A DNA stretch of 64,000 nucleotides from a virus: positions 39,136-103,135 of IMG/VR virus record IMGVR_UViG_3300032220_001630; one strand, written 5' to 3'. Under the pieces are notes generated by a model. That model did not search any database. It worked only from the letters and a program-made list of their open reading frames with translations, and had not been told where the DNA came from. Shown in pieces: positions 1-8,517 of the stretch. Position numbers and translations under genes: made by a program. Each line of letters starts with the position of its first letter. The first letter of the stretch is position 1.

Positions 1-1365
1 GGTAGTAAAGATCAAAGTATTATAGATTCTTTCAGAAAACAATATCAGCAAGTACTAGACGATTTTACAAAGAGCTCAGAAGAATATGAAGTCAATTCTG
101 GTAAAGAATATGACGAGTATGTATCTAAAATTGATTTCTCTGAATTAGAAAAACCATTATCAGCAGCAAATAAAGCATTTGTAGAAGCAAAACTGCTATC
201 TTCAGATGTATTAAAAGAGATTAAGGATGTTTTAGCAATAGAAGGTGCGGGAAGTACAGGTTCAGGAGGTTCTACTGGAGGAACTAATAGTGGCTCAACA
301 AATACATCAAGTATTAAAGTTGCTAAAACAATTAAAAGTGGTACAACTCCAACAGGTGAAGATGCTGAGATAACTAAAAAGATTTTTGCATTAATCTGTG
401 AAAAATGGAAAGAATCGAAAACATTAACTGCTACTACAGCATGGAAAAAATCAGCATTCTGTTCACCTGGTTCATTAATCTTAGGACCTAACAGAAAAAA
501 ATGTGTAGCTGCAATTAAAGCTGCATATGGTATTTCCGATAGCAGTGGAGATTTAACACAAGAGTTAGTGGATAAATTATCTGCATCTGAAGCAGTTAAA
601 GAATCATTCGAAGTTAAATCAATTCCTACATCTTCGAGACTTCTTTCTTTCAATGATTTTTTATCCGCGAAATCAACATTCAATGAAGAGGTTAATATGG
701 ATGCTCTTAAAAAAGCATTAGGCGGTGGATCATCAGATGGTAAAAGTAAATCTGGATCTTCTGATAAAAAAAGTAGCTGGGAATCTCCATTCAAAAATAA
801 GGAAGAAGGAGACGCTTTTAGAAAATGGGTTAATGATAATCATTCAGACTGGGCTAAAGAAAATAAACTTGACGTAAGTGGAAGCCACACTAACTCTTTC
901 GTTAAAAAAGCTTGGGAAAAATTCAAGAATGACTATAAGCCAGGTGAAAATAAATCAGACAGTAAAGTAGATTCTGGAAACGCAAGTGAAAATGCTGCTG
1001 AGATAGAAAAACTAATGTTATCAGCTTCTGATTCAATCGTTGAGCTTTTCAATAACGCAGAATTTTGGAGAGATTATAAAGGTAAATTTGATGACAACGA
1101 AGAAAAAGCTAAAGTTGGATTCAATGATTGGTGGGATAATAATATCTTAAGAAAAAAACTTAAGCCCGCTAAGCAAAAATTAGAGACTTTACCAGAAGAT
1201 TCAGACGAAAAGAGTACTTGCAAGAAAATGTACGACACTATCGTAGGTCTAAAAAGCACTATAGATAATAAAATCATAGGCGAAACAGAGAACGATACTG
1301 CCACTTGGAAAATGTATTTGTTAAACGGAGAAGCTAAAAGCTACAAAGTAGATACAGATTTCTAA
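1..1365 (+). CDS. 5'-truncated hypothetical protein, probable virion-internal protein
   Basis: Frame 1 is open from base 1 (GSKDQSIIDSFRKQY...) to TAA at 1363-1365, so the 568 start in the ORF track is internal. Has Gly/Ser linkers and an internal RLLSFNDFL...FNEE motif. Confidence 0.8.
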   Translation, partial: GSKDQSIIDSFRKQYQQVLDDFTKSSEEYEVNSGKEYDEYVSKIDFSELEKPLSAANKAFVEAKLLSSDVLKEIKDVLAIEGAGSTGSGGSTGGTNSGSTNTSSIKVAKTIKSGTTPTGEDAEITKKIFALICEKWKESKTLTATTAWKKSAFCSPGSLILGPNRKKCVAAIKAAYGISDSSGDLTQELVDKLSASEAVKESFEVKSIPTSSRLLSFNDFLSAKSTFNEEVNMDALKKALGGGSSDGKSKSGSSDKKSSWESPFKNKEEGDAFRKWVNDNHSDWAKENKLDVSGSHTNSFVKKAWEKFKNDYKPGENKSDSKVDSGNASENAAEIEKLMLSASDSIVELFNNAEFWRDYKGKFDDNEEKAKVGFNDWWDNNILRKKLKPAKQKLETLPEDSDEKSTCKKMYDTIVGLKSTIDNKIIGETENDTATWKMYLLNGEAKSYKVDTDF

Positions 1366-1371
1366 AAGCAA

Positions 1372-1399
1372 GAAATTTTTAATAAATTAGGGGTATAAT
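1372..1399 (+). promoter_or_regulatory. Class II promoter-like motif GAAAT-N17-TATAAT
   Basis: Intergenic, 11 nt before ATG 1411. The same architecture recurs at seven other intergenic sites. Confidence 0.6.
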
Positions 1400-1410
1400 G
1401 AATAAACATT

Positions 1411-1947
1411 ATGCCCCTTTTAATTGTAGAAGGTCCTAGAAAATCCGGTAAAAGTTACCTAATATCCCAGCAGGATTCTCTTCCAGTTTTTAAGTTTAAC
1501 TTCAATGAGAATTTTGCATACTGGAACTTTGACAAAAATGGTAAAGATGTTCATTGGTTTGGACTGGGAAAAGAAGTTATGCTTCACGAATTGAACAATG
1601 CTGGATTTATTCCAAAGATGATTGTTGACAGGGGTATACTTACAAATTCAGTATGGGGAGTTTTCCAAAAGAGAATAACAGAGGAACAGGCAAAAAAAGA
1701 TCTTGTTAATTTCTATAAAAGAGGACTTTTTAACGATGTAAGTATCTTGCTAATCGAAGGTAATTACAAGAAGGATAGAGTAAAAGATATATGGGATCAA
1801 GACGATGCTAGACAGGATGAAGAAAGACGTCTTTTTTCATCGTTTTCTTTGCTTTTACGAGACTTAGGAGTAGAGGTCAATGTTTTCCATAATAATATGG
1901 ATTTGGACTCCGTAATAAGATTTAAAACAAAAATATCAGAATTATAA
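1411..1947 (+). CDS. P-loop nucleoside-monophosphate (thymidylate-kinase-like) kinase
   Basis: N-terminal LIVEGPRKSGKS Walker A and IVDRGILTNSVW, resembling the DRxxxS motif of dTMP kinases. Confidence 0.65.
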   Translation: MPLLIVEGPRKSGKSYLISQQDSLPVFKFNFNENFAYWNFDKNGKDVHWFGLGKEVMLHELNNAGFIPKMIVDRGILTNSVWGVFQKRITEEQAKKDLVNFYKRGLFNDVSILLIEGNYKKDRVKDIWDQDDARQDEERRLFSSFSLLLRDLGVEVNVFHNNMDLDSVIRFKTKISEL

Positions 1948-1951
1948 AAAC

Positions 1952-3367
1952 ATGTGTGGAATTTTAGTAGCTATTAACCCGACAAAGGAAAGGATAGAAT
2001 CTATATCTCATAGAGGAATAGAACATTCTATTGTAAACGATCAAAATCTATATCTAGTTCATCACAGGCTTCCAATACAAACAGTGGATGGTGATAGCTG
2101 GTCACAGCCTATACAAATTGGCGAAAATAGGTGGCTGTTATTTAATGGCGAGATTTTCAATTATAGTGGCGGATTCGATTCGGATACAGCATACCTTCAA
2201 AATCTATTTAGTAGTTTTAATTTTAGTGGTATTGACATGCTACAAGCTATATACGAACCCCATATAGTTTCATGGGATGGGTTTTGGGCAATAGTTATGG
2301 TAGACACCAAAGAGAAAGAAATATATGCTTTTACTGATCCTTTGGGCAAAAAGGTTTTATACAAGAACGATCTTGGCGAAATCTGCTCAGAAATAAAAGG
2401 ATTATTTGAAAAGGACAATGAACCCGCACCAGATCCATCATTCTTCAGTGGTGTTATAAAGTGGGGATATTTAACCACCGATCAGACACCTTATGAAGGC
2501 ATAAAAAAACTACAACCTAATAGATTTTATAAATGGAATCTCTATAACCCATCAAAAATGGAAGTATCTGATCCATATTATAATTTTTACTCTTTTGAGG
2601 CAGGATTAGAAACATATGAAGATAGAATGGATTGGTTATGGAATAAACTTGAAAATTCAGTAGAATCAAGATTGATCTCTAAAAACTACCCGACATCTCT
2701 TCTGTTATCAGGGGGTTTAGATTCTGCCATTATTGCAGGTCTTCTTCTTAAACTCGGAGCAGATGTTCAGTTTTATTCTATATCCAACGGTGAAGATGAG
2801 CAATACGTAAAAGCATGTGAGGAATATTGGGGTGTTAAATCTATAAGATTAGATTACGATGTTGACATAGAAAGCGAAGAGGGTAAGAATAAAACACTAG
2901 AAATATATCAGAAATGGAATGAATCACCCATAGATATGGGAAGTGTTCTACCTCAATATCATTTATTTGATGCAATAAAAAAAGGATCTAAAACCAGGAT
3001 AGTTATTTCAGGAGATGGAGCTGATGAATTATTTGGAGGATATAGGAGAATTAATGAATACGATTCACAAGATTCAGACATCTTTCACGAATTAACTTCA
3101 TACCATCTACCAAGATTGGACAAGTTATCAATGGCACACACCTTGGAGCTTAGAAGTCCTTTTTTAAATCACGACATAGTAAGATTTGCTTTAACACTTC
3201 CTTTTGAAGAGAGAAAGAATAAAAAAATATTGAAGGATACTTTTAAAGGATTAGTTCCAGATTCAGTAATTGAAAGAAAAAAATTGCCTCTTAAAAATCA
3301 GATGATTGTAGAGGATCAAATTTCTTACAGAAAAAAGATAAAGGATTTATATCTTAAATCCATTTGA
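1952..3367 (+). CDS. asnB: Asparagine synthetase B-like glutamine amidotransferase
   Basis: MCGI (Ntn Cys), HRG, HHRLPI, FNGEIFNY, LLSGGLDS, SGDGADELFGGY, RLDKLSMAHTLELRSPFL. Confidence 0.92.
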   Translation: MCGILVAINPTKERIESISHRGIEHSIVNDQNLYLVHHRLPIQTVDGDSWSQPIQIGENRWLLFNGEIFNYSGGFDSDTAYLQNLFSSFNFSGIDMLQAIYEPHIVSWDGFWAIVMVDTKEKEIYAFTDPLGKKVLYKNDLGEICSEIKGLFEKDNEPAPDPSFFSGVIKWGYLTTDQTPYEGIKKLQPNRFYKWNLYNPSKMEVSDPYYNFYSFEAGLETYEDRMDWLWNKLENSVESRLISKNYPTSLLLSGGLDSAIIAGLLLKLGADVQFYSISNGEDEQYVKACEEYWGVKSIRLDYDVDIESEEGKNKTLEIYQKWNESPIDMGSVLPQYHLFDAIKKGSKTRIVISGDGADELFGGYRRINEYDSQDSDIFHELTSYHLPRLDKLSMAHTLELRSPFLNHDIVRFALTLPFEERKNKKILKDTFKGLVPDSVIERKKLPLKNQMIVEDQISYRKKIKDLYLKSI

Positions 3368-4828
3368 TAAAACTACCTCCACACCCGCAACAGGATCCCC
3401 TTTTGCGTCTTTTGGAGAATATCCGTCTGGTCTATCTGTTAATACGAAATCCTCTGAAGGATCTACTATTAAACCTGCGGAGCTTAGAAAATCTCTATTT
3501 AATAAAAGAGGTGTGCTTTTTTCAGTTCTATCTACTAGTGAAAACTTTACTTTCTTGTAAAGAATACCATTGAATTCAACATCAAGATTAACAACCGCTC
3601 TGTGGTGGATTTTTTCACCAACCTCAGCTTTAGATTGTCCTACGATTTTATTTACAAATTGCTGATTACCTAAAGTCCATACCACTTCTCCGTCTTTTTC
3701 TTCGATAGTATCTGCGTGTAACGAACAAGACGTAGCACCATTACCAGTATCTAATTTTCCTACAAACGTACCAACTCCAGAGATAGATATCAATTCTCTA
3801 AATCCTGTTACTTTCTTAGGCTTAACCCAGTTTTTTCTATCAATTAAGAAATCTACTACAATATCTGTTACTGGTATACCGGTTGTTTTTTCTATCCCCG
3901 TAGTTCCAGGAGATGCGTTAACTTCTAATACGTATGGGTTTTCTGTTCCTTTATCAACAATTATATCAACTCCACACCATAGACAACCTGTAGCTTTAGC
4001 AGATTCAATAGCTATTTTTTCTATCGATTCTGGTAGCTCTACTGTTTCAGTGTCACCACCGAGTGAGAAGTTAGTTCTAAAATCGCCTTTAATCTTAATT
4101 CTTTTCATCGCTGCGATGACTTTGTACTCTCTTCCAGACATACCATCAGATTCAGCAATTACGTGAATTCTTAAGTCATATTCAGCTTCGATTTTTTCTT
4201 GTAAAACTATCTCAGTTCCTGGTGCTAAATGCCATAAAGCTTGAAGAGTAGAAACTAATGATGGTCTCGAATCAATCATGAATACTCCTATACCTTTAGT
4301 TCCTGAAAGAAACTTACATACTACAGGGTATTTTCCACCAACATCTTCAACAGCCTTATCTATATCTGCCTCAGAAGATATTAAAGATGTTTTAGGTACG
4401 GGGATATTATTTAATTGAAGCTTTCTTGTTGTTTGTAATTTATCCTCACATATGATAACAGAATCATAAGAGTTAACACAAGGAAAACCTAAATCTTCCA
4501 TTTTCTTAAAGAATCCCTTAGCAGCATTATTTTTTATGGAAGATCTTCTAGTTAGAACTATTGTACGATCAAGATAAATTTCTTGCTGTTTATCTCCTCT
4601 ACTAGATATAAGATATGTTCCTTTTGGTGTTTTTTGAATAGATCCTTTTTCTGTATCTACTATAATACATTTTAAACCTTTCTCCTCACATATCTTCATT
4701 ATTTTGTCAGTGGTTGGAGCATTCTTTAGGGTCTTACCTAATTTAGTGGTTAGCACAACTACTGTTAAGGGTCTTTCTTTTCCTTTTACCCCTTTGAATA
4801 TAAATTTTTCTAGCAATGGATTATCCAT
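3347..4828 (-). CDS. rimK: RimK-family ATP-grasp ligase fused to a C-terminal retropepsin-like (RimB / 'ATP-dependent Zn protease' family) peptidase
   Basis: ATP-grasp motifs KFLSGTKGIGV, LQEKI, DLRIHV, DFRTNFSLGG, GVDII, LEVNASPG. The C-terminal domain has KLDTGN and LLLNRDFL. Confidence 0.88.
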   Translation of the reverse strand: MDNPLLEKFIFKGVKGKERPLTVVVLTTKLGKTLKNAPTTDKIMKICEEKGLKCIIVDTEKGSIQKTPKGTYLISSRGDKQQEIYLDRTIVLTRRSSIKNNAAKGFFKKMEDLGFPCVNSYDSVIICEDKLQTTRKLQLNNIPVPKTSLISSEADIDKAVEDVGGKYPVVCKFLSGTKGIGVFMIDSRPSLVSTLQALWHLAPGTEIVLQEKIEAEYDLRIHVIAESDGMSGREYKVIAAMKRIKIKGDFRTNFSLGGDTETVELPESIEKIAIESAKATGCLWCGVDIIVDKGTENPYVLEVNASPGTTGIEKTTGIPVTDIVVDFLIDRKNWVKPKKVTGFRELISISGVGTFVGKLDTGNGATSCSLHADTIEEKDGEVVWTLGNQQFVNKIVGQSKAEVGEKIHHRAVVNLDVEFNGILYKKVKFSLVDRTEKSTPLLLNRDFLSSAGLIVDPSEDFVLTDRPDGYSPKDAKGDPVAGVEVVLSNGFKI

Positions 4829-4832
4829 GTTG

Positions 4833-4840
4833 TATATATC
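4833..4840 (-). promoter_or_regulatory. Class I (putative late) promoter motif GATATATA
   Basis: Minus strand reads GATATATA-caac-ATG(4828). Confidence 0.65.
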
Positions 4841-4850
4841 GATATAACAC

Positions 4851-4877
4851 TAAAAAGCCTAGAATAGTCTAGGCTTT
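4851..4877 (-). terminator. Rho-independent terminator after the Glu-rich gene
   Basis: Perfect 10-bp stem AAAGCCTAGA-atag-TCTAGGCTTT, with a U-run on the minus strand. Confidence 0.8.
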
Positions 4878-4897
4878 ATAAATTGTATATTTAAGTT

Positions 4898-5647
4898 TTA
4901 ATTGAAGAACTTATCAAATCTTATAACTCTTTGAGATTCCTCCTCTTTATCTTCCAGATCTGATTCATCCTCTTCCTCAGTATCTTCAGTATCATCTTCT
5001 ATCTCAGTAGTTTGCATAGGGGCTTCATCTGAAATAACCTCGTTATCATCTTCTTCCTCGGTTTCTTCATCTTCATCTTCTTCGTCTTCTTCTTCGTCTT
5101 CTTCATCTTCTTCAGATTCCTCGTCTTCATCTTCATCTTCAGATTCATCGTTCTCTTCCTCGTCTTCAGATTCTGCATCTTCTTCAGATTCCTCGTCCTC
5201 GTCTTCCTCTTCAGGCTCTTCTTCGGTTTCCTCTTCTGATTCTTCTTCAGATTCCTCGTCTTCCTCTTCAGACTCTTCCTCAGTCTCTTCTTCAGATTCC
5301 TCGTCTTCCTCTTCGGACTCTTCCTCAGTTTCTTCGTCTTCCTCTTCGGACTCTTCTTCTGATTCTTCGTCTTCCTCTTCGGACTCTTCTTCTGATTCTT
5401 CCTCAGTCTCTTCTTCAGATTCCTCGTCTTCTTCTTCAGTTTCCTCTTCAGATTCTTCCTCAGTTTCCTCAGTGTTGTCAGATTCTTCTTCAGAACCTTC
5501 CTCCTCTGATTCTTCTTCAGTTTCCTCCTCGTCCTCAGTTTCCTCCTCTTCCTCTATTTCTAGATCTTTCCAGATTTCATTTTCTTCTGGTAATTGGTTG
5601 CTTCTATTAGAGGCAAACTCTTCGAATGATAATATTTTTTTCTCCAT
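4898..5647 (-). CDS. Extremely acidic poly-Glu/Asp low-complexity protein (possible prohead core/internal protein)
   Basis: About 200 aa of EEE[S/T/D] repeats, flanked by KKILSFEEF at the N-terminus and RVIRFDKFFN at the C-terminus. Confidence 0.85.
   Translation of the reverse strand: MEKKILSFEEFASNRSNQLPEENEIWKDLEIEEEEETEDEEETEEESEEEGSEEESDNTEETEEESEEETEEEDEESEEETEEESEEESEEEDEESEEESEEEDEETEEESEEEDEESEEETEEESEEEDEESEEESEEETEEEPEEEDEDEESEEDAESEDEEENDESEDEDEDEESEEDEEDEEEDEEDEDEETEEEDDNEVISDEAPMQTTEIEDDTEDTEEEDESDLEDKEEESQRVIRFDKFFN
4940..5557 (-). repeat. Coding low-complexity tandem repeats (EEES/EEET/EEED units)
   Basis: TCTTC/TCCTC-rich tract including a tandem 33-bp duplication starting at 5331. 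Confidence 0.85.
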
Positions 5648-5653
5648 TTTGTT

Positions 5654-5905
5654 TTATTCTGTTATTCCTATAGCATGAGCACTTCCAGATTCGGTAGCGC
5701 CATATCCAGGATAGTCTATTTTAGATACGCCTTTAAAAACGGAATCTTGGAATCCAACATAAGCATAAGCCTCTTCAGGTGTTATTTTATGTAGTCCAGT
5801 TCTGTCTTCTTTGCTAAGATTTTCAGGATTCCATGGGTCTTGTGCGACTTTCATAAAATCCTTATAGCTAAGAATTTCTCTCTTTTTTATGTTCTTTTGG
5901 TTCAT
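5654..5905 (-). CDS. Small hypothetical protein with ILSYKDFM motif
   Basis: 83-aa ORF packed tightly between co-oriented genes. Confidence 0.75.
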   Translation of the reverse strand: MNQKNIKKREILSYKDFMKVAQDPWNPENLSKEDRTGLHKITPEEAYAYVGFQDSVFKGVSKIDYPGYGATESGSAHAIGITE

Positions 5906-5919
5906 TTTAATTACTTCTT

Positions 5920-6627
5920 TTAGAATTGTAGGATATTAGATAATCCGGTTTTCATGGCCTTAGCAAAAATGTTAGGGTCATTAGTTTCCGCTTTTTCTAT
6001 TTCTGATGATAATTTTTGTTTGTCTCCTTGAGTAATGTTACCAGATAAAACGTCACCTAGACTAAATCCACATATTTTATCTCCTATCATTTTCTCTACG
6101 TTATTCATGAAGTTAGTATTGTTTATAGCATTAGTTAAAGCTTCTCTTAATCCTGCTGATATAGTACCACCCATACCTGTATTCATGTCAATTTTTAATC
6201 CTAGTTTAGGTAATAAATATTCTACTCCTCTCTCTTGCAATGTTTCAGATAATCCCTCTACTATTGCTCTTGCCCAATTTTTACAAGATCCTTTACCAAA
6301 ATAACTTCCCAACTCGGTTATACTTACTCCTTCTATTACGTTTCTTATAAGTTGGTAAAAGAATGTTGGCTGGTTTTGTTCATCGTAAGGTTCTATACCT
6401 AATTTTTGTGCTGCCCAGTCGATAACATAATCTTTAAAGGTATCAGTAAAACCTCCACCTAAAGATCCAAGTAAAGATGAAAAAATGTTTTCGTTTATTT
6501 CTTGCTCTGATAGACCCTCTCCCTTCATTCTCAAATACTCATTCTCGAGTATAGCTATTTGATCTTTTGAACCATTATTTCTAGGTGTTGCCGACTCAGA
6601 AACAAACTGTGAATATCTGTATATCAT
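5920..6627 (-). CDS. Putative head-internal/ejected protein
   Basis: N-terminal MIYRYSQFVSE, then EINE followed by amphipathic NIFSSLLGSLGGG. Class I motif upstream. Confidence 0.7.
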   Translation of the reverse strand: MIYRYSQFVSESATPRNNGSKDQIAILENEYLRMKGEGLSEQEINENIFSSLLGSLGGGFTDTFKDYVIDWAAQKLGIEPYDEQNQPTFFYQLIRNVIEGVSITELGSYFGKGSCKNWARAIVEGLSETLQERGVEYLLPKLGLKIDMNTGMGGTISAGLREALTNAINNTNFMNNVEKMIGDKICGFSLGDVLSGNITQGDKQKLSSEIEKAETNDPNIFAKAMKTGLSNILQF

Positions 6628-6645
6628 TCCCGTTTACTTTTCTTA

Positions 6646-6680
6646 TATATATCATTTTACTATCTAAATTCTGATATATA
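6646..6680. promoter_or_regulatory. Back-to-back divergent class I GATATATA motifs
   Basis: TATATATC at 6646-6653 serves the minus-strand gene at 6627; GATATATA at 6673-6680 serves the plus-strand gene at 6688. Confidence 0.65.
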
Positions 6681-6687
6681 AGGAGAA

Positions 6688-7098
6688 ATGTCTAGAATAC
6701 TAAAAATTGACGATTTTGAAAAATCATTCCCTACCAAATATGGTTTGGATGCTGATGGATCTTGTTACGAGATAGAATCTCCATTTGATATAATGATAAT
6801 TGTAGATTATGAAGATTTAGACGGGCAGATTGATACTAAATACAAATCACCAAAATGGGAAAAGTTTAAAACTAGCAAGGGTGATGTTATACTGTGTAGT
6901 AAAAACGGATCTTTTATATTTCCAAAAGACAAAGAAGGATTCGTAGAATGCACACCAGTAAAAGATTCAAATCAACAAGATATTAGTTTTGATACATTTC
7001 CAAAAAATTCTTTAAAGAAAATAGGAAAGGATCTTTTTAGAATGCACTCTATGCCTTTCGAGGAAAGAAAAAAAATGACCATCTTTAACGGGCTATGA
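6688..7098 (+). CDS. Hypothetical protein
   Basis: 136-aa ORF with AGGAG upstream. N-terminus is MSRILKIDDF. Confidence 0.8.
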   Translation: MSRILKIDDFEKSFPTKYGLDADGSCYEIESPFDIMIIVDYEDLDGQIDTKYKSPKWEKFKTSKGDVILCSKNGSFIFPKDKEGFVECTPVKDSNQQDISFDTFPKNSLKKIGKDLFRMHSMPFEERKKMTIFNGL

Positions 7099-7649
7099 AA
7101 AATTTAAAGAATTTCAAAAATTTTATTATCAATGAGAGTTCTGCTGCAGGAAACAGAGAACATACTTACGATACTCCATTCTCTTACACCTCAAACGATC
7201 CAAAATTTGGATACAACAGTAAAAGCTTTGTAGACGACCTTAAAGCTCTTTTTGTAGAGAAACCTTCTCTGAAAGGAGAAATTACTGAATTTCTTGTTCA
7301 AAATACAGGGATATCAAGAGTTGAGGATTTAGCTTTAAAGCCTTTTGCATTAATAAAAGAGATAATTCCTGAAATAGAAAGAATAATAGCTGCTGGAGAA
7401 TATGAGCCAGAACTTATTATGCCTGGTGGTGCTTTACTGTTTATAAGAAATAAAATACTAGACAACGGAAAAGGAGCTGATTTCTATATAAACAGGAAAG
7501 GAACTAAAATAGAAGTTGTTACTGACGATTTTAACGGGGAAGAAAAAGTATTATTCTACAATTCTAAAAATTTCCCGTACGATAGGTATGATTTCACACA
7601 AGAGGAAAAAGAAGAACTTCAATCAATTATAAAAGCAAAGGGAGCTTAA
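7095..7649 (+). CDS. Putative head-internal protein with capsid-targeting-like N-terminus
   Basis: Starts MKNLKNFKNFIINE; ATGA overlap with the upstream gene. Confidence 0.75.
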   Translation: MKNLKNFKNFIINESSAAGNREHTYDTPFSYTSNDPKFGYNSKSFVDDLKALFVEKPSLKGEITEFLVQNTGISRVEDLALKPFALIKEIIPEIERIIAAGEYEPELIMPGGALLFIRNKILDNGKGADFYINRKGTKIEVVTDDFNGEEKVLFYNSKNFPYDRYDFTQEEKEELQSIIKAKGA

Positions 7650-8356
7650 TTATTATTAAAATTTTTAAGTATAAGCTCTATAGATTTTTCTTTTCCTATT
7701 TCGGTTCCTGTTTCTAGATCGACACCTTTAGCAACATCCGCAATAATAACACAATCAAATTTATCTGAGAAATCTTTTATATTGGTCTTCAAAAATCTTC
7801 TTATTTTAATAATCTCAGTGGTTGTTTCGCATTTAGGATCTAACATTTCTGTCATAAGAAGTGCTACTTTTTCATCATCCCCTATCTTAACAACAGAAAA
7901 GAACCAGCTAAATACTTTCATATATTCCTCTTCGGTTTTTCTTACTACCAAAAATCCCTGATCCCAAAGATTGTATCTGGTACAATAGCTTTCAACATCA
8001 ACTAGTGAATTATATTTAAAAGACACCTCTTTATTCTCCTCCATAAATTTATCTATGGTTTCTATGGAGTTTTTAACTATCGTCTCTATTTCGCCGATCA
8101 GATCTAAGTTTTTATCTAGTAAGTTGTAGAAAATATTTTTATCTACGTCGGTCATATTTGCAAGGGTCCTTTGACTAAACTCTGTTTTTTTATCAAAACT
8201 CTCAAGATCTCTCTTAAGTATTAATACCTCTTTAAAGTGTTTCTCAAATCCCTTTTTATTAAAATTATTTTTTGCCTTCGTTAGTAAATCCATCAAAACA
8301 TAATATTTATGCTCTACATCTATAGGGGATTCGAGAAACCAATATGGCTTTATCAT
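7646..8356 (-). CDS. Hypothetical protein resembling a conserved Bacteroidota family
   Basis: N-terminal WFLESPIDVEHKYYVL resembles the W-x4-IDFE-x-K-x-Y-x-LL start of a Bacteroidota hypothetical family (from recollection, not searched). Confidence 0.7.
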   Translation of the reverse strand: MIKPYWFLESPIDVEHKYYVLMDLLTKAKNNFNKKGFEKHFKEVLILKRDLESFDKKTEFSQRTLANMTDVDKNIFYNLLDKNLDLIGEIETIVKNSIETIDKFMEENKEVSFKYNSLVDVESYCTRYNLWDQGFLVVRKTEEEYMKVFSWFFSVVKIGDDEKVALLMTEMLDPKCETTTEIIKIRRFLKTNIKDFSDKFDCVIIADVAKGVDLETGTEIGKEKSIELILKNFNNN

Positions 8357-8439
8357 TATCTTGTATTATTCTGTATCTATAACTTATATATAGAACAAAA
8401 TGTTTTATTCCGGTTGTAGAAAAAAATTTTTCTATATGT

Positions 8440-8468
8440 GAAACTTATCTCCGAACAGGGACTAAAAT
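8440..8468 (+). promoter_or_regulatory. Class II promoter-like motif heading the glycan operon
   Basis: GAAAC-N18-TAAAAT. Confidence 0.55.
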
Positions 8469-8517
8469 TTTTACGTAGTAAATCCCGGACTATGAATCAT
8501 ATAATATAGTATTACTT

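Noticed and set aside
45-794. 249-aa minus-strand ORF
   Set aside because: Antisense shadow of the plus-strand frame that is open from base 1 to 1365.
3347-5647. Graspetide (omega-ester RiPP) cluster with the S/T-E-rich protein as precursor
   Set aside because: The ligase has the RimK-type FRTNFSLGG motif and a RimB-like fusion rather than graspetide-synthetase features, and no recognised core motif is present. Disfavoured but not excluded.
5472-5678. Ser-rich plus-strand ORF
   Set aside because: Antisense of the GAA/GAG codons of the poly-Glu gene.
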